Source: a bacterium (GTDB taxonomy: Bacteria; Zhuqueibacterota; Zhuqueibacteria; Residuimicrobiales; Krinioviventaceae). From it: a stretch of 64,000 nt of DNA. Both the position numbers and the translations under genes were made by a program. The DNA lies in contig CAXXFV010000015.1 of the NCBI GenBank assembly GCA_963674595.2, positions 192,001-256,000 of the forward strand, written 5' to 3'. Shown piece after piece: positions 38,118-46,855 of this stretch (position 1 is the stretch's first letter; each line of letters starts with the position of its first letter). The notes beneath the pieces are model-generated. The model was not told the origin of the DNA, did not search any database, and saw only the letters and a list, made by a program, of their open reading frames with translations.

Positions 38118-39743
38118 TTATTTATTATTAACCCCGCATTTTAATTCCCAATCGGTATATGCGTTTAAAAGTTTTTTGTAAATGTCCGGGTATTTTTCAA
38201 TGACATTGTTTAATTCGTTCCGGTCAGTGCTTTGATCATAGAGTTCCCATGGATGATCTTTTTGTTTAACAAGTTTCCAATTTTCATGCAAAACAGCCTT
38301 GTTGCTCAAATGTTCCCAAAAGAGATAGTCATGTCTTTTACGGGTATCTCCGTTAAAAACAGGCAGCAAACTTTTTCCTTCCACCGGAACAATCTTTTTA
38401 CCCTTGAATGTGTCCGGATAACCGGCGCCTGCCAGGTCAATACATGTTGGTAAAATATCTATAATATGGCCTGTTTGATGGAAAATTTCATTTTTATATT
38501 TTATACCATTGGGCCAACTGACGATGAACGGGGTTGCTATTCCGCCTTCGTGCACCCATTTTTTATAATATGTAAAAGGTGTGTTGCTTAAATGTGCCCA
38601 TGATTGTCCGTAACTCATATAGGAATCCACACCACCGGGAGCAAGTCCGTTTTGTCGTCTATCAAATCCCCAGGGACCGCCTTCCGCACAGCCGCCGTTA
38701 TCGGATAAGAACATAATAATTGTATCGTTATATTTATTCTGCTGTTTCAAGAGTTCAAAAATTCTTCCAATTCCCTGGTCCATTCTATCAATTTGTGCGG
38801 CGTAAATCGCCATTTTAAGGTCCATTTCTTCTTTGTTTGGAACGTTGTCCCATGGTGTAATTTCTTTGTCAAGCGGGGGTAAGGACCAGGTCTCGTCAAA
38901 AAGCCCCATTGCTTTTTGTTTATCAAATCTTTTTTGCTGTAATTTTTCCCAACCATCCAGGTATTTGTTTTTATATTTTTTTATATCTTGTGGTAAAGCA
39001 TGCAGCGGCCAGTGAGGGGCCGTATAAGCAACATACATAAAAAACGGCTTGTCATTTTTTTCATGATCAGAGAGCATTTTTACGGCATGATCTGTAATGG
39101 CATCTGTCATATAAAAATTATCTTTGGGTGGTATAAATGGTTGGTCATCCAATGCCATTGTTCGCGTAACACCCTCTGCTTTGGTTTTTGTATAATCAAA
39201 ATAGTTTGCGGCCCCGCTTATTAATCCAAAATAATGATCAAAACCACGGTCAACCGGCCAGTTTGGCCGATTTTCTCCAACATGCCATTTGCCGGCCATT
39301 AATGTTTTATAATCGGCTTGTTTTAATAATTCGGCTATGGTTACGCATTGGTCATTGATGTAACCCTGATAGGGGCCGGGGGTTGTGTTATTTGTTTTGA
39401 CCATCGCACCCATACCTGCCTGATGCGGGTACAATCCTGTGAGCAGCGATGCACGAGTCGGACAGCATCTGGCCGCGTTATAAAAATGGGTAAGCCGTAT
39501 TCCCGCCTTTGCCAATGCATCTAAATTGGGTGTGTTAATTTCTGAGCCGTAACATCCCAGGTCTGAAAATCCCATATCATCTGCCATTATCAGCAGAATA
39601 TTTGGCCGTTTTTTGGTAAGCGTTTTTTTGCAGCCGGAGGTAATAAAATAAGGTGCGGCAATAGTTGCTCCGGCACTTTTTGTCAGTTTTGTTAAAAAAC
39701 TACGCCGGGCCATGTTATTTGTTGAATTTATTGTAATCGACAT
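38118..39743 (-). CDS. Formylglycine-dependent (S1) arylsulfatase, Tat-type lipoprotein signal
   Basis: ARRSFL..SGC, PNILLIMADDMG, CCPTRASLLTG, GKWH, APHWP, SDNG. Confidence 0.93.
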   Translation of the reverse strand: MSITINSTNNMARRSFLTKLTKSAGATIAAPYFITSGCKKTLTKKRPNILLIMADDMGFSDLGCYGSEINTPNLDALAKAGIRLTHFYNAARCCPTRASLLTGLYPHQAGMGAMVKTNNTTPGPYQGYINDQCVTIAELLKQADYKTLMAGKWHVGENRPNWPVDRGFDHYFGLISGAANYFDYTKTKAEGVTRTMALDDQPFIPPKDNFYMTDAITDHAVKMLSDHEKNDKPFFMYVAYTAPHWPLHALPQDIKKYKNKYLDGWEKLQQKRFDKQKAMGLFDETWSLPPLDKEITPWDNVPNKEEMDLKMAIYAAQIDRMDQGIGRIFELLKQQNKYNDTIIMFLSDNGGCAEGGPWGFDRRQNGLAPGGVDSYMSYGQSWAHLSNTPFTYYKKWVHEGGIATPFIVSWPNGIKYKNEIFHQTGHIIDILPTCIDLAGAGYPDTFKGKKIVPVEGKSLLPVFNGDTRKRHDYLFWEHLSNKAVLHENWKLVKQKDHPWELYDQSTDRNELNNVIEKYPDIYKKLLNAYTDWELKCGVNNK

Positions 39744-39921
39744 ATTACCTTTTAGTTTTCTACCATTTCAATATCCGAATTGGTGTAATAAATGTCAATT
39801 TATTTCTTTTATTTCTTATCTTGATTATTCGGTATGATAAAATACTCGATTTTTTAATATTAATTTATTACTTTATATAAATCTTCCAGATTATTTCCAG
39901 ATTAAATTAAAATGGTGAAAT

Positions 39922-41244
39922 ATGAATCTTTCCGAAAATCTTAAAAATGCCGGAGTTGTGGGAGCAGGTGGTGCCGGTTTCCCAACTCATATAAAAATGA
40001 ATTCAACTGTTGAATGGTTTCTTATTAACGGTGCCGAATGCGAACCGTTAATGCATAAAGATAAAGAACTCATGACCCAGTTTTCCCATGAAATTATTGA
40101 AGGTATTAAACTTGCCTATAAATCTGTAGGCGCTGCAAAAGCTGTTATTGGTATAAAATCAAAAAATAAAAAAGCCATTACAAGTTTAAAAAAAGCTATT
40201 GATGACCCGGCAATCAGCATTCACGAGTTTGGTGATTTTTATCCTGTCGGTGATGAATACGAACTTGTATACGGCGTTACCGGTAGACTTATTCCGCCTC
40301 AGGGACTCCCCCTGGATGTCGGTTGTGTTGTTAATAATGTTGAAACTGTTTATAATATTTATCAGGCCGGTAAGGGCATTCCTGTAACCAAAACGTTCCT
40401 GACTATAACAGGATTAGTTAAAAATCCATTGACCACGGATGTGCCCATTGGTATGTCTGTTAAGGATGTTTTGGCGCTTGCCGGCGGACCGACCTTGTCA
40501 GAATATGCCATTATGGAAAGCGGTTTAATGATGGGAAAACTGGTTCAGGATCTGAACCAACCTGTTACCAAAACAACCGGTGGGTTGATTGTTTTACCAG
40601 CCGATCATCCCCTGATTTTGCGTTACACAAAGCCTGAGAAAGCCATGCACAGAATCGGTCATTCGGCTTGTGATCAATGCAGTTATTGTACTGAACTTTG
40701 TCCCAGGTATTTACTGGGTTATGATATCCAACCTCATCTGGCCATGCGGAGTCTTGGGTTTACCGTTACAGGCCCGGAAATTTGGAATAAATATTCCTTG
40801 TTATGTTGTCAATGTGGTGTTTGTACATTATACTCTTGTCCCGAATCATTATACCCGCGGGAAGCCTGTGCAAAAGGTATAAGCGATTTACGTGAAAAAG
40901 GTAAGGCCAAATGGGAAGGTGATAAACAACCTAAAGTCCATCCGATGCGTGATGCGAGAAGATTACCATTAAAACAACTCATGAACAAACTTGGTGTGAC
41001 ACAGTATCAGGCTCCTGCTCCATATACCAAATTAAATATTGAACCCGATTCGGTTCAAATTCCTTTAAATCAACATATCGGCGCTCCGGCATTGCCTCAG
41101 GTTAATCAGGGTGATCATGTTAAAAAAGACCAGCTTATCGGCAAATGTCCGGATGATAAATTGGGCGCTAATATTCATGCCAGTATCAATGGCCGGATTC
41201 AAAAAGTTGATGAAAAGATGATAATTATTGAAAGGATTAAATAA
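39922..41244 (+). CDS. pduS: PduS-like (RnfC-family) flavin/Fe-S oxidoreductase
   Basis: AGVVGAGGAGFP, NGAECEP, SLBB region, CDQCSYCTELCP and CCQCGVCTLYSCP, QHIGAP and HASING barrel-sandwich. Confidence 0.88.
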   Translation: MNLSENLKNAGVVGAGGAGFPTHIKMNSTVEWFLINGAECEPLMHKDKELMTQFSHEIIEGIKLAYKSVGAAKAVIGIKSKNKKAITSLKKAIDDPAISIHEFGDFYPVGDEYELVYGVTGRLIPPQGLPLDVGCVVNNVETVYNIYQAGKGIPVTKTFLTITGLVKNPLTTDVPIGMSVKDVLALAGGPTLSEYAIMESGLMMGKLVQDLNQPVTKTTGGLIVLPADHPLILRYTKPEKAMHRIGHSACDQCSYCTELCPRYLLGYDIQPHLAMRSLGFTVTGPEIWNKYSLLCCQCGVCTLYSCPESLYPREACAKGISDLREKGKAKWEGDKQPKVHPMRDARRLPLKQLMNKLGVTQYQAPAPYTKLNIEPDSVQIPLNQHIGAPALPQVNQGDHVKKDQLIGKCPDDKLGANIHASINGRIQKVDEKMIIIERIK

Positions 41245-41796
41245 ATGCAATTAAATGCGATCGGTTTGATTGAATTAAACAGTATTGCTGCGGGGATTGA
41301 TGTTACAGATACCATGATAAAAACGGCCAATGTTGAATTGGTTATTTCGCGATCGATATGTTCAGGAAAATATATGGTGATTGTCGGTGGAGATATTTCC
41401 GCCGTACGTTCAAGTGTTGATGCCGGTCTTATAAAATGGCAGGGAGCTGTTATTGATTCGATGGTTTTATCAAACATCCATCCGTCTGTTTTGCCGGCGG
41501 TTTCAGGCGCCAATAATATTGAGAAATTATCTTCATTGGGCGTTATTGAATCATTTTCTGTCGCTTCTTTACTTGAAGCGGCTGACGCTGCTGCAAAAGC
41601 TGCCAATGTTGAGCTGATGGAAATTCGTTTGGCTATGGCTATGGGAGGCAAGGCTTTTGTTACCATGACCGGAGATGTTGCGGCTGTTCGTGCTGCTGTG
41701 GAAGCAGGTGCGGCAATTATTGCAGAAAAGGGCTTGTTGGTTAATAAAGTGGTAATTCCTTCACCCAGTCCCCAATTATATAAAGATTACATTTAA
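41245..41796 (+). CDS. pduT: Tandem-domain BMC shell protein, PduT-like
   Basis: AIGLIELNSIA, SICSGKY (Cys equivalent to the Fe-S ligand of PduT), NIHPSVLPAVSG, GGK..V..TGDV, EKGLLV..VIP.P. Confidence 0.9.
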   Translation: MQLNAIGLIELNSIAAGIDVTDTMIKTANVELVISRSICSGKYMVIVGGDISAVRSSVDAGLIKWQGAVIDSMVLSNIHPSVLPAVSGANNIEKLSSLGVIESFSVASLLEAADAAAKAANVELMEIRLAMAMGGKAFVTMTGDVAAVRAAVEAGAAIIAEKGLLVNKVVIPSPSPQLYKDYI

Positions 41797-41856
41797 TTAA
41801 GAATTTTTTAACCTTGTTTATTTTAAACGATTAATATATTCAGTACGGAGATTCCA

Positions 41857-43362
41857 ATGAATTCCTTTCTCGAAACCTTATTGCATATGACTGAACGTAT
41901 TGCAAACTTTATTTGGGGCGAGTGGATGATAGTCCTGTTGGTTGGAACAGGAATTTTGTTGACAATTGCAACTAGAGGAATACAGGTTCGAAAATTGTGG
42001 CTTGCCATCGTATTTGTATTTAAAGGGGCAAAAAAGTCCGAACAACATAATAAAGAGCAGGGTGATATTTCGCCTTTTGCAGCTTTAATGACGGCTTTGG
42101 CCGCAACAGTCGGTAATGGAAACATTGCCGGAGTTGCAACAGCCATTGCAACAGGAGGACCTGGTGCCCCATTTTGGATGTGGGTGTCCGGTTTTTTCGG
42201 AATGGCTACAAAATATGCTGAAGGTTTTCTTGGCGTCAAATATAGAAAGGTCGCGGAAGATGGTTCTATGGCCGGCGGACCGATGTATTATTGTCGTTAT
42301 GGTATTCGTAATAAAAATGTAGCCAAAGTAATGGGACTTGTCTTTGCTATATGTGGTGGATTTACGGCTTTATTCGGTACCGGAAATATGATGCAATCCA
42401 ATTCTATGGCACTGGCCTTTAAATCTGAATTTGGAGTACCGACAATGGTCAGCGCTGTTTTTCTTACCATTTTAGTCGGTTTGGTTGTCATTGGCGGTAT
42501 TAAGAGAATTGGTGCTGTTGCTGAAAAAGTTGTTCCCTCTATGATTTTTATTTATTTAATTGGCGCTCTTGTTATTTTAACTGCCCGCTTTAGTTTGATT
42601 GATGATGCTTTTATCTTGATTATAAAATCAGCTTTTTCAGTAAAAGCGGCCGGTGGTGCGCTTATTGGCACAACAATCCAAAAGGCAATTAGCCTGGGAG
42701 TTCGCCGAGGTATTTTGTCAAATGAAGCCGGTTTAGGTACGGCTGCTATCGCACAAAGCGCTGCAAAATCGCCTGACCCAACCTATAATGGACTCATTGC
42801 CATGACAGGTGTTTTTATTGATACAATTCTTGTTAATACGCTTACAACATTGGCCATTGTTTTAACAGGTGTATGGATGTTAACACCTGCTGCGGGTGTT
42901 CATCTTTTGGTAGATGGTACGACACTTTCTGTTTCGCAAGTAGGGCAATTCCCGGCAGAAATTCAGGCGTTTGCCGCTAAAATCGGCTATGATCTTGCTC
43001 AGGGCGGTTTATCAAGTACCGCTTTAACTGCTAAAGCCTTTAGTTCTGTCATCCCATTTGGTGGCACCATAATCGCCATTGCTTCCTTTTTATTTGGATA
43101 CACTACCCTGATCGGTTGGGCCTATTTTGGTGAACAATGTATTCGTTATCTTTGGGGAATTAAGTCAATTGTTGTATACCGGATTATTTTTGTTTCACTA
43201 TTGTTTGTTGGTGCTTTAATGACAGGCAAATATTTAAATATTGTTTGGAATGTTGGGGACACGGCTAATGCTATTATGGCAATTCCTAATTTAATCGGAC
43301 TTTTATTGCTGGCCGGTACTGTAGCTAAAATTACCAAAGACCATTTTCTGGAGCAAATGTGA
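41857..43362 (+). CDS. Alanine/glycine:cation symporter (AGCS)
   Basis: GDISPF.AL.TALAATVG.GNIAGVA, GGPGA.FWMW, GGPMYY, SNEAGLG. Confidence 0.95.
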   Translation: MNSFLETLLHMTERIANFIWGEWMIVLLVGTGILLTIATRGIQVRKLWLAIVFVFKGAKKSEQHNKEQGDISPFAALMTALAATVGNGNIAGVATAIATGGPGAPFWMWVSGFFGMATKYAEGFLGVKYRKVAEDGSMAGGPMYYCRYGIRNKNVAKVMGLVFAICGGFTALFGTGNMMQSNSMALAFKSEFGVPTMVSAVFLTILVGLVVIGGIKRIGAVAEKVVPSMIFIYLIGALVILTARFSLIDDAFILIIKSAFSVKAAGGALIGTTIQKAISLGVRRGILSNEAGLGTAAIAQSAAKSPDPTYNGLIAMTGVFIDTILVNTLTTLAIVLTGVWMLTPAAGVHLLVDGTTLSVSQVGQFPAEIQAFAAKIGYDLAQGGLSSTALTAKAFSSVIPFGGTIIAIASFLFGYTTLIGWAYFGEQCIRYLWGIKSIVVYRIIFVSLLFVGALMTGKYLNIVWNVGDTANAIMAIPNLIGLLLLAGTVAKITKDHFLEQM

Positions 43363-43363
43363 G

Positions 43364-45457
43364 TTGAGAAAAAAGGTCGTTAAATATTCGAAATTTTTTG
43401 TAAAACATTATCATCTAAAAATCGGACGTTTTTTAGCTTCACATGGTGCTTCGGAATATACAATACTTGTTATTTTTTCTGTTATACTTGGTACTCTGGC
43501 AGGATTAGCTGCTGTTTGTTTTCATGAAACCATAGAAATATTTACTCATTTTTCCCATTCCACAGGCAAAATTTTTTCAGGATCTTTTCCGTGGATTATT
43601 ATAAGCATCCCGATGCTGGGAATGTTGCTTCAATGGCTAATGACACGACTTGCCCCAAAGCAGGCTAAACAAAAAGGAGTGCTTGAAGTCATCAAGTCTG
43701 TTTCCATGAGAAACGGCAAGATTCCTTTCAAGACAACTTTATTTCATTTTCTTGCACCTGCTATTTGCATTGGAACCGGTGGTACGGTTGGCCCCGAAGC
43801 GCCGGCCGCTCAAACCGGGGCCGGAACCGTTGCTGCCGTTGGAGAATTGCTTGGAATAAGCGAATCCAAGCTCAAAATTTTTACGGCTGCCGGTGCCGGT
43901 GCTGCTATTGCTGCCGTTTTTAATACACCTTTGGCTGGAATTTTTTTCGCCATAGAAGTCATTTTATTAAATGACATTCATGCATCCGCTCTCAGTGCCT
44001 TTCTGCTTTCCTCTGTATCCGCAAGTGCTGTTTCACGGGCCATCCTGGGAAACGAGCCAAGGTTCCATTTCGGGCACCTGGAACTGGGGTCCTATGATCA
44101 GTTTTTCTATTATTTGCTTTTAGGCGTACTTGCTGGATTTTTATCCGTAGCTTTTATAAAGTCTAATGAATGGGTTAAGGATAAATTTCAAAAACTTTAT
44201 AAAAAATTTCCTGTTCTCCCTGTTATGTTAATTGTCGGACTCGCTATGGGAATTGCAGGATATTTTTTACCAGAACTTTTTGGCATTGGATATAACTGTA
44301 TTAATAACCTGCTGTTCGGAATGTATTCTATAAAGCTGGTTACCATATTTTTTGTATTCAAATTTGTCCTTGTTTTGCTGATTTTAAATTCCGGTGGGTT
44401 TGGAGGAATCTTTGCTCCATCGATATTCCTGGGAGCATGCTACGGATACTTATTCGCTCTCGTGTTTTCTTCCCTTTTTCATATTCCTTTGGATTATGTA
44501 ACTTATACACTCGTGGGTATGGGAGCGATGTTGGCCGGGGTAAATTCGGTCCCTATTACAGCTATTATGATTTTATTTGAAATGACGAACAATTATTATT
44601 TTATTTTGCCCTTAATGCTGGGGATTGTTGGCAGCCATATTGTCACTCAAATGATCATGAACGGCTCTATTTATTCGCGTGAACTTTTGCATGCCGGATT
44701 TCATGCCGGATTTGGAAAGGATACGACCATTTTACGGTCTATCTCTATTGATAAAGTCATTAGACGCGATATTTTAACATTAACAGATCAAACTCCGGTA
44801 TCACAAGTCGTTAGAGAATTTCTTAACACAACGCATGATACTATTTACACTACGGATAACAACAATCGTATTACCGGTGTTATTACATCCGCTTCGCTTC
44901 AACATCTGATTACCGATTTTGACAATCTGCAACAGGTCCTTATTGCCAAAGATATTGCGGATAATGATATATGTATAATACATGCACATGAATCTTTAGA
45001 ACATGCTCTTCGTTTGTTTGGTCGTTATCGTGTAGAGGAAATTCCTGTTGTTTATCAGGAGGATGAATCAAAACCTCTTGGTACTCTTCATTATCAGGAT
45101 GTACTTAATGCCTATAATCAGATGGCCGCCAAGATGAATTTAAAAGATGGATTGGCAAATGATTTTAAATCTTTGCAAACGGATCAAATCCTTGAAGTTA
45201 TGCCGGGATTTTCCATGGCCGAAACAAAATCTCCCGATAAATTTATAGGGAAAAATCTTGCACAACTTAAACTGCGAAATTTGTACAGAATTGATGTTTT
45301 AATGATTGAAAGAAAGGATGTTTTTTCAAATAATAAAAACGATAAGCAGCAACTCATGCCGGATAAAAATTTTGTCTTTAAAAGAGGTGACAGATTAATT
45401 ATTTACGGCAGAACATTGGATGTTTTGAATTTTAAAAATATTAGTTCTGGAAATTAA
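43364..45457 (+). CDS. CLC-family chloride channel/transporter with CBS pair and C-terminal TrkA-C (RCK-C) domain
   Basis: GG.VGPEAP, GAGAAIAAVFNTPLAG, GGIFAP, SIY. CBS region. FIGKNLAQLKLR..GDRLIIYG. Confidence 0.9.
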   Translation: MRKKVVKYSKFFVKHYHLKIGRFLASHGASEYTILVIFSVILGTLAGLAAVCFHETIEIFTHFSHSTGKIFSGSFPWIIISIPMLGMLLQWLMTRLAPKQAKQKGVLEVIKSVSMRNGKIPFKTTLFHFLAPAICIGTGGTVGPEAPAAQTGAGTVAAVGELLGISESKLKIFTAAGAGAAIAAVFNTPLAGIFFAIEVILLNDIHASALSAFLLSSVSASAVSRAILGNEPRFHFGHLELGSYDQFFYYLLLGVLAGFLSVAFIKSNEWVKDKFQKLYKKFPVLPVMLIVGLAMGIAGYFLPELFGIGYNCINNLLFGMYSIKLVTIFFVFKFVLVLLILNSGGFGGIFAPSIFLGACYGYLFALVFSSLFHIPLDYVTYTLVGMGAMLAGVNSVPITAIMILFEMTNNYYFILPLMLGIVGSHIVTQMIMNGSIYSRELLHAGFHAGFGKDTTILRSISIDKVIRRDILTLTDQTPVSQVVREFLNTTHDTIYTTDNNNRITGVITSASLQHLITDFDNLQQVLIAKDIADNDICIIHAHESLEHALRLFGRYRVEEIPVVYQEDESKPLGTLHYQDVLNAYNQMAAKMNLKDGLANDFKSLQTDQILEVMPGFSMAETKSPDKFIGKNLAQLKLRNLYRIDVLMIERKDVFSNNKNDKQQLMPDKNFVFKRGDRLIIYGRTLDVLNFKNISSGN

Positions 45458-45478
45458 AAAGTTTATGGATAAAACATT

Positions 45479-45733
45479 TTGTTTTTTGTTTATATTGTAG
45501 AGTGTTCGGATAACACTTTTTACACCGGCATGACCAAAGATATTAATAAACGCCTCAAAATGCATAATGGTGAAATGAGTGGCGGTGCAAAATATACCCG
45601 TTCACGACGGCCTGTCGTTTTAGTTTTTACTGAAAAATATGCATCCTGGAACCAAGCGGCAAAAAGAGAGGCACAAATAAAAAAATTTACCAAAAAGAAA
45701 AAAATCGAACTGGTGAATAGTTGGACCGGTTAA
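45479..45733 (+). CDS. Stand-alone GIY-YIG nuclease family protein (UPF0213/YazA-like)
   Basis: FVYIVEC.D.TFYTG.T.D...RL..HN..GAKYTR.RRPV..A.KRE.QIK. Confidence 0.9.
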   Translation: MFFVYIVECSDNTFYTGMTKDINKRLKMHNGEMSGGAKYTRSRRPVVLVFTEKYASWNQAAKREAQIKKFTKKKKIELVNSWTG

Positions 45734-45735
45734 AA

Positions 45736-46494
45736 TCAGGATTGACAGTTACTACAAGCTGACATTATTTGGCCATTATAAACAGCTTTGATCTTTTCAC
45801 CCGGTTTAACCAGCAGAAATTCATCTTTATTCCATTCACCATCCACAAGATTTTGAATGAGTCGAAGACTACCTTTTAGCTCTTCATAGGCCCATCCTTT
45901 TTCTTTGGCATCCTGCTCTGTCTGTTTTTTATATGTGTCAAAATAGCCGCTAATTGTATCAATATAGGCAAGTTTGTTGTAATTTTTTGTCCAGTCTCCA
46001 AGTGTTTCCATCAAATATTTGGCGTTTTCTTCGCCATATTTTTCTACATACTCTTCATAGACTTTTGTTATCCCTAATTGTGATGGAATGCTTTCAGCGT
46101 TGTTTGTACTGTCATTTTCACGTTCTATCCATCCGGTGGATTTAAAATAGGTACCCGGAAAATTATTAAAATAATCATTATATGCTTTTTGTGAACCTAA
46201 AAGAAGTGTGATGCAATCGTGAGCTTTAGGAATGACAAGTTGTGAATCCGAATGTAATCCACAAACACCATTATTACACAAAGCATAACCTAATAAAACC
46301 GCATCATACTTGTTTTTATCGATTTTATCGATTTCTTTTTGAATATTGGAGGACATTTTTTCTTGTCCAATGTCGTGAAGTCCCTTTGGTAAAAAATGTA
46401 CATCAATAATATTTTTGGAACGTGCCACGCAATAACTGATTTCTCTGAACAAAATTTCGCAAGCTATTAAAAAATATCTTTTTGGTTGAGTCAT
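45736..46494 (-). CDS. DUF1638-family protein
   Basis: IACEIL.REI, GLH, LGYALC.NG, AHDCITLLLGS, GTYF..GW. Confidence 0.75.
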   Translation of the reverse strand: MTQPKRYFLIACEILFREISYCVARSKNIIDVHFLPKGLHDIGQEKMSSNIQKEIDKIDKNKYDAVLLGYALCNNGVCGLHSDSQLVIPKAHDCITLLLGSQKAYNDYFNNFPGTYFKSTGWIERENDSTNNAESIPSQLGITKVYEEYVEKYGEENAKYLMETLGDWTKNYNKLAYIDTISGYFDTYKKQTEQDAKEKGWAYEELKGSLRLIQNLVDGEWNKDEFLLVKPGEKIKAVYNGQIMSACSNCQS

Positions 46495-46793
46495 ATATAA
46501 CCTTTGTTTAAAATTTAATTATTAAGATATGTAAAATTGTAAAAGAACGCAAGATTTTATAATCACACAATATTGTAACATTATCACATTATGCGACAAA
46601 ATTGTATGTTTTTTTGTTTTTGTGATGATTGATTTATTCGGTCAGATGGTAAGGATGTTGGTAGTGTTTTTTTGATTCCTTCAAAATTGTATGGAATGTG
46701 TAAAGTTATACAATTTTGTAGGATTTTTAAATAAAGTTTTATTTTTAAGTTGCATAAGTTATTAAAAAACAATAATCATTTAATGTCCTTTTT

Positions 46794-46808
46794 TGGCATG
46801 GGATTTGT
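46794..46808 (+). promoter_or_regulatory. Candidate sigma54 promoter of glutamine synthetase
   Basis: TGGCATGGGATTTGT: correct -24/-12 spacing, but the -12 box is TTGT instead of TTGC. Confidence 0.5.
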
Positions 46809-46855
46809 TAGAAATGCTTAAATTTGGTTTAATTATTCAAATATTAGGAGATAAT

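Noticed and set aside
39922-41244. RnfC of an Rnf complex
   Set aside because: No rnfDGEAB neighbours; the C-terminal barrel-sandwich and the adjacent PduT indicate PduS.
45479-45733. GIY-YIG as homing endonuclease or mobile element
   Set aside because: It is an 84-aa stand-alone UPF0213-type protein with no intron, terminal repeats or DNA-binding extension.
25797-46658. Shared 10-mer GTAAGGATGT (minus strand at 25797-25806, plus strand at 46649) resembling a CsrA site
   Set aside because: Only two copies, in opposite orientations relative to the downstream genes and upstream of the candidate sigma54 promoters; compatible with chance.
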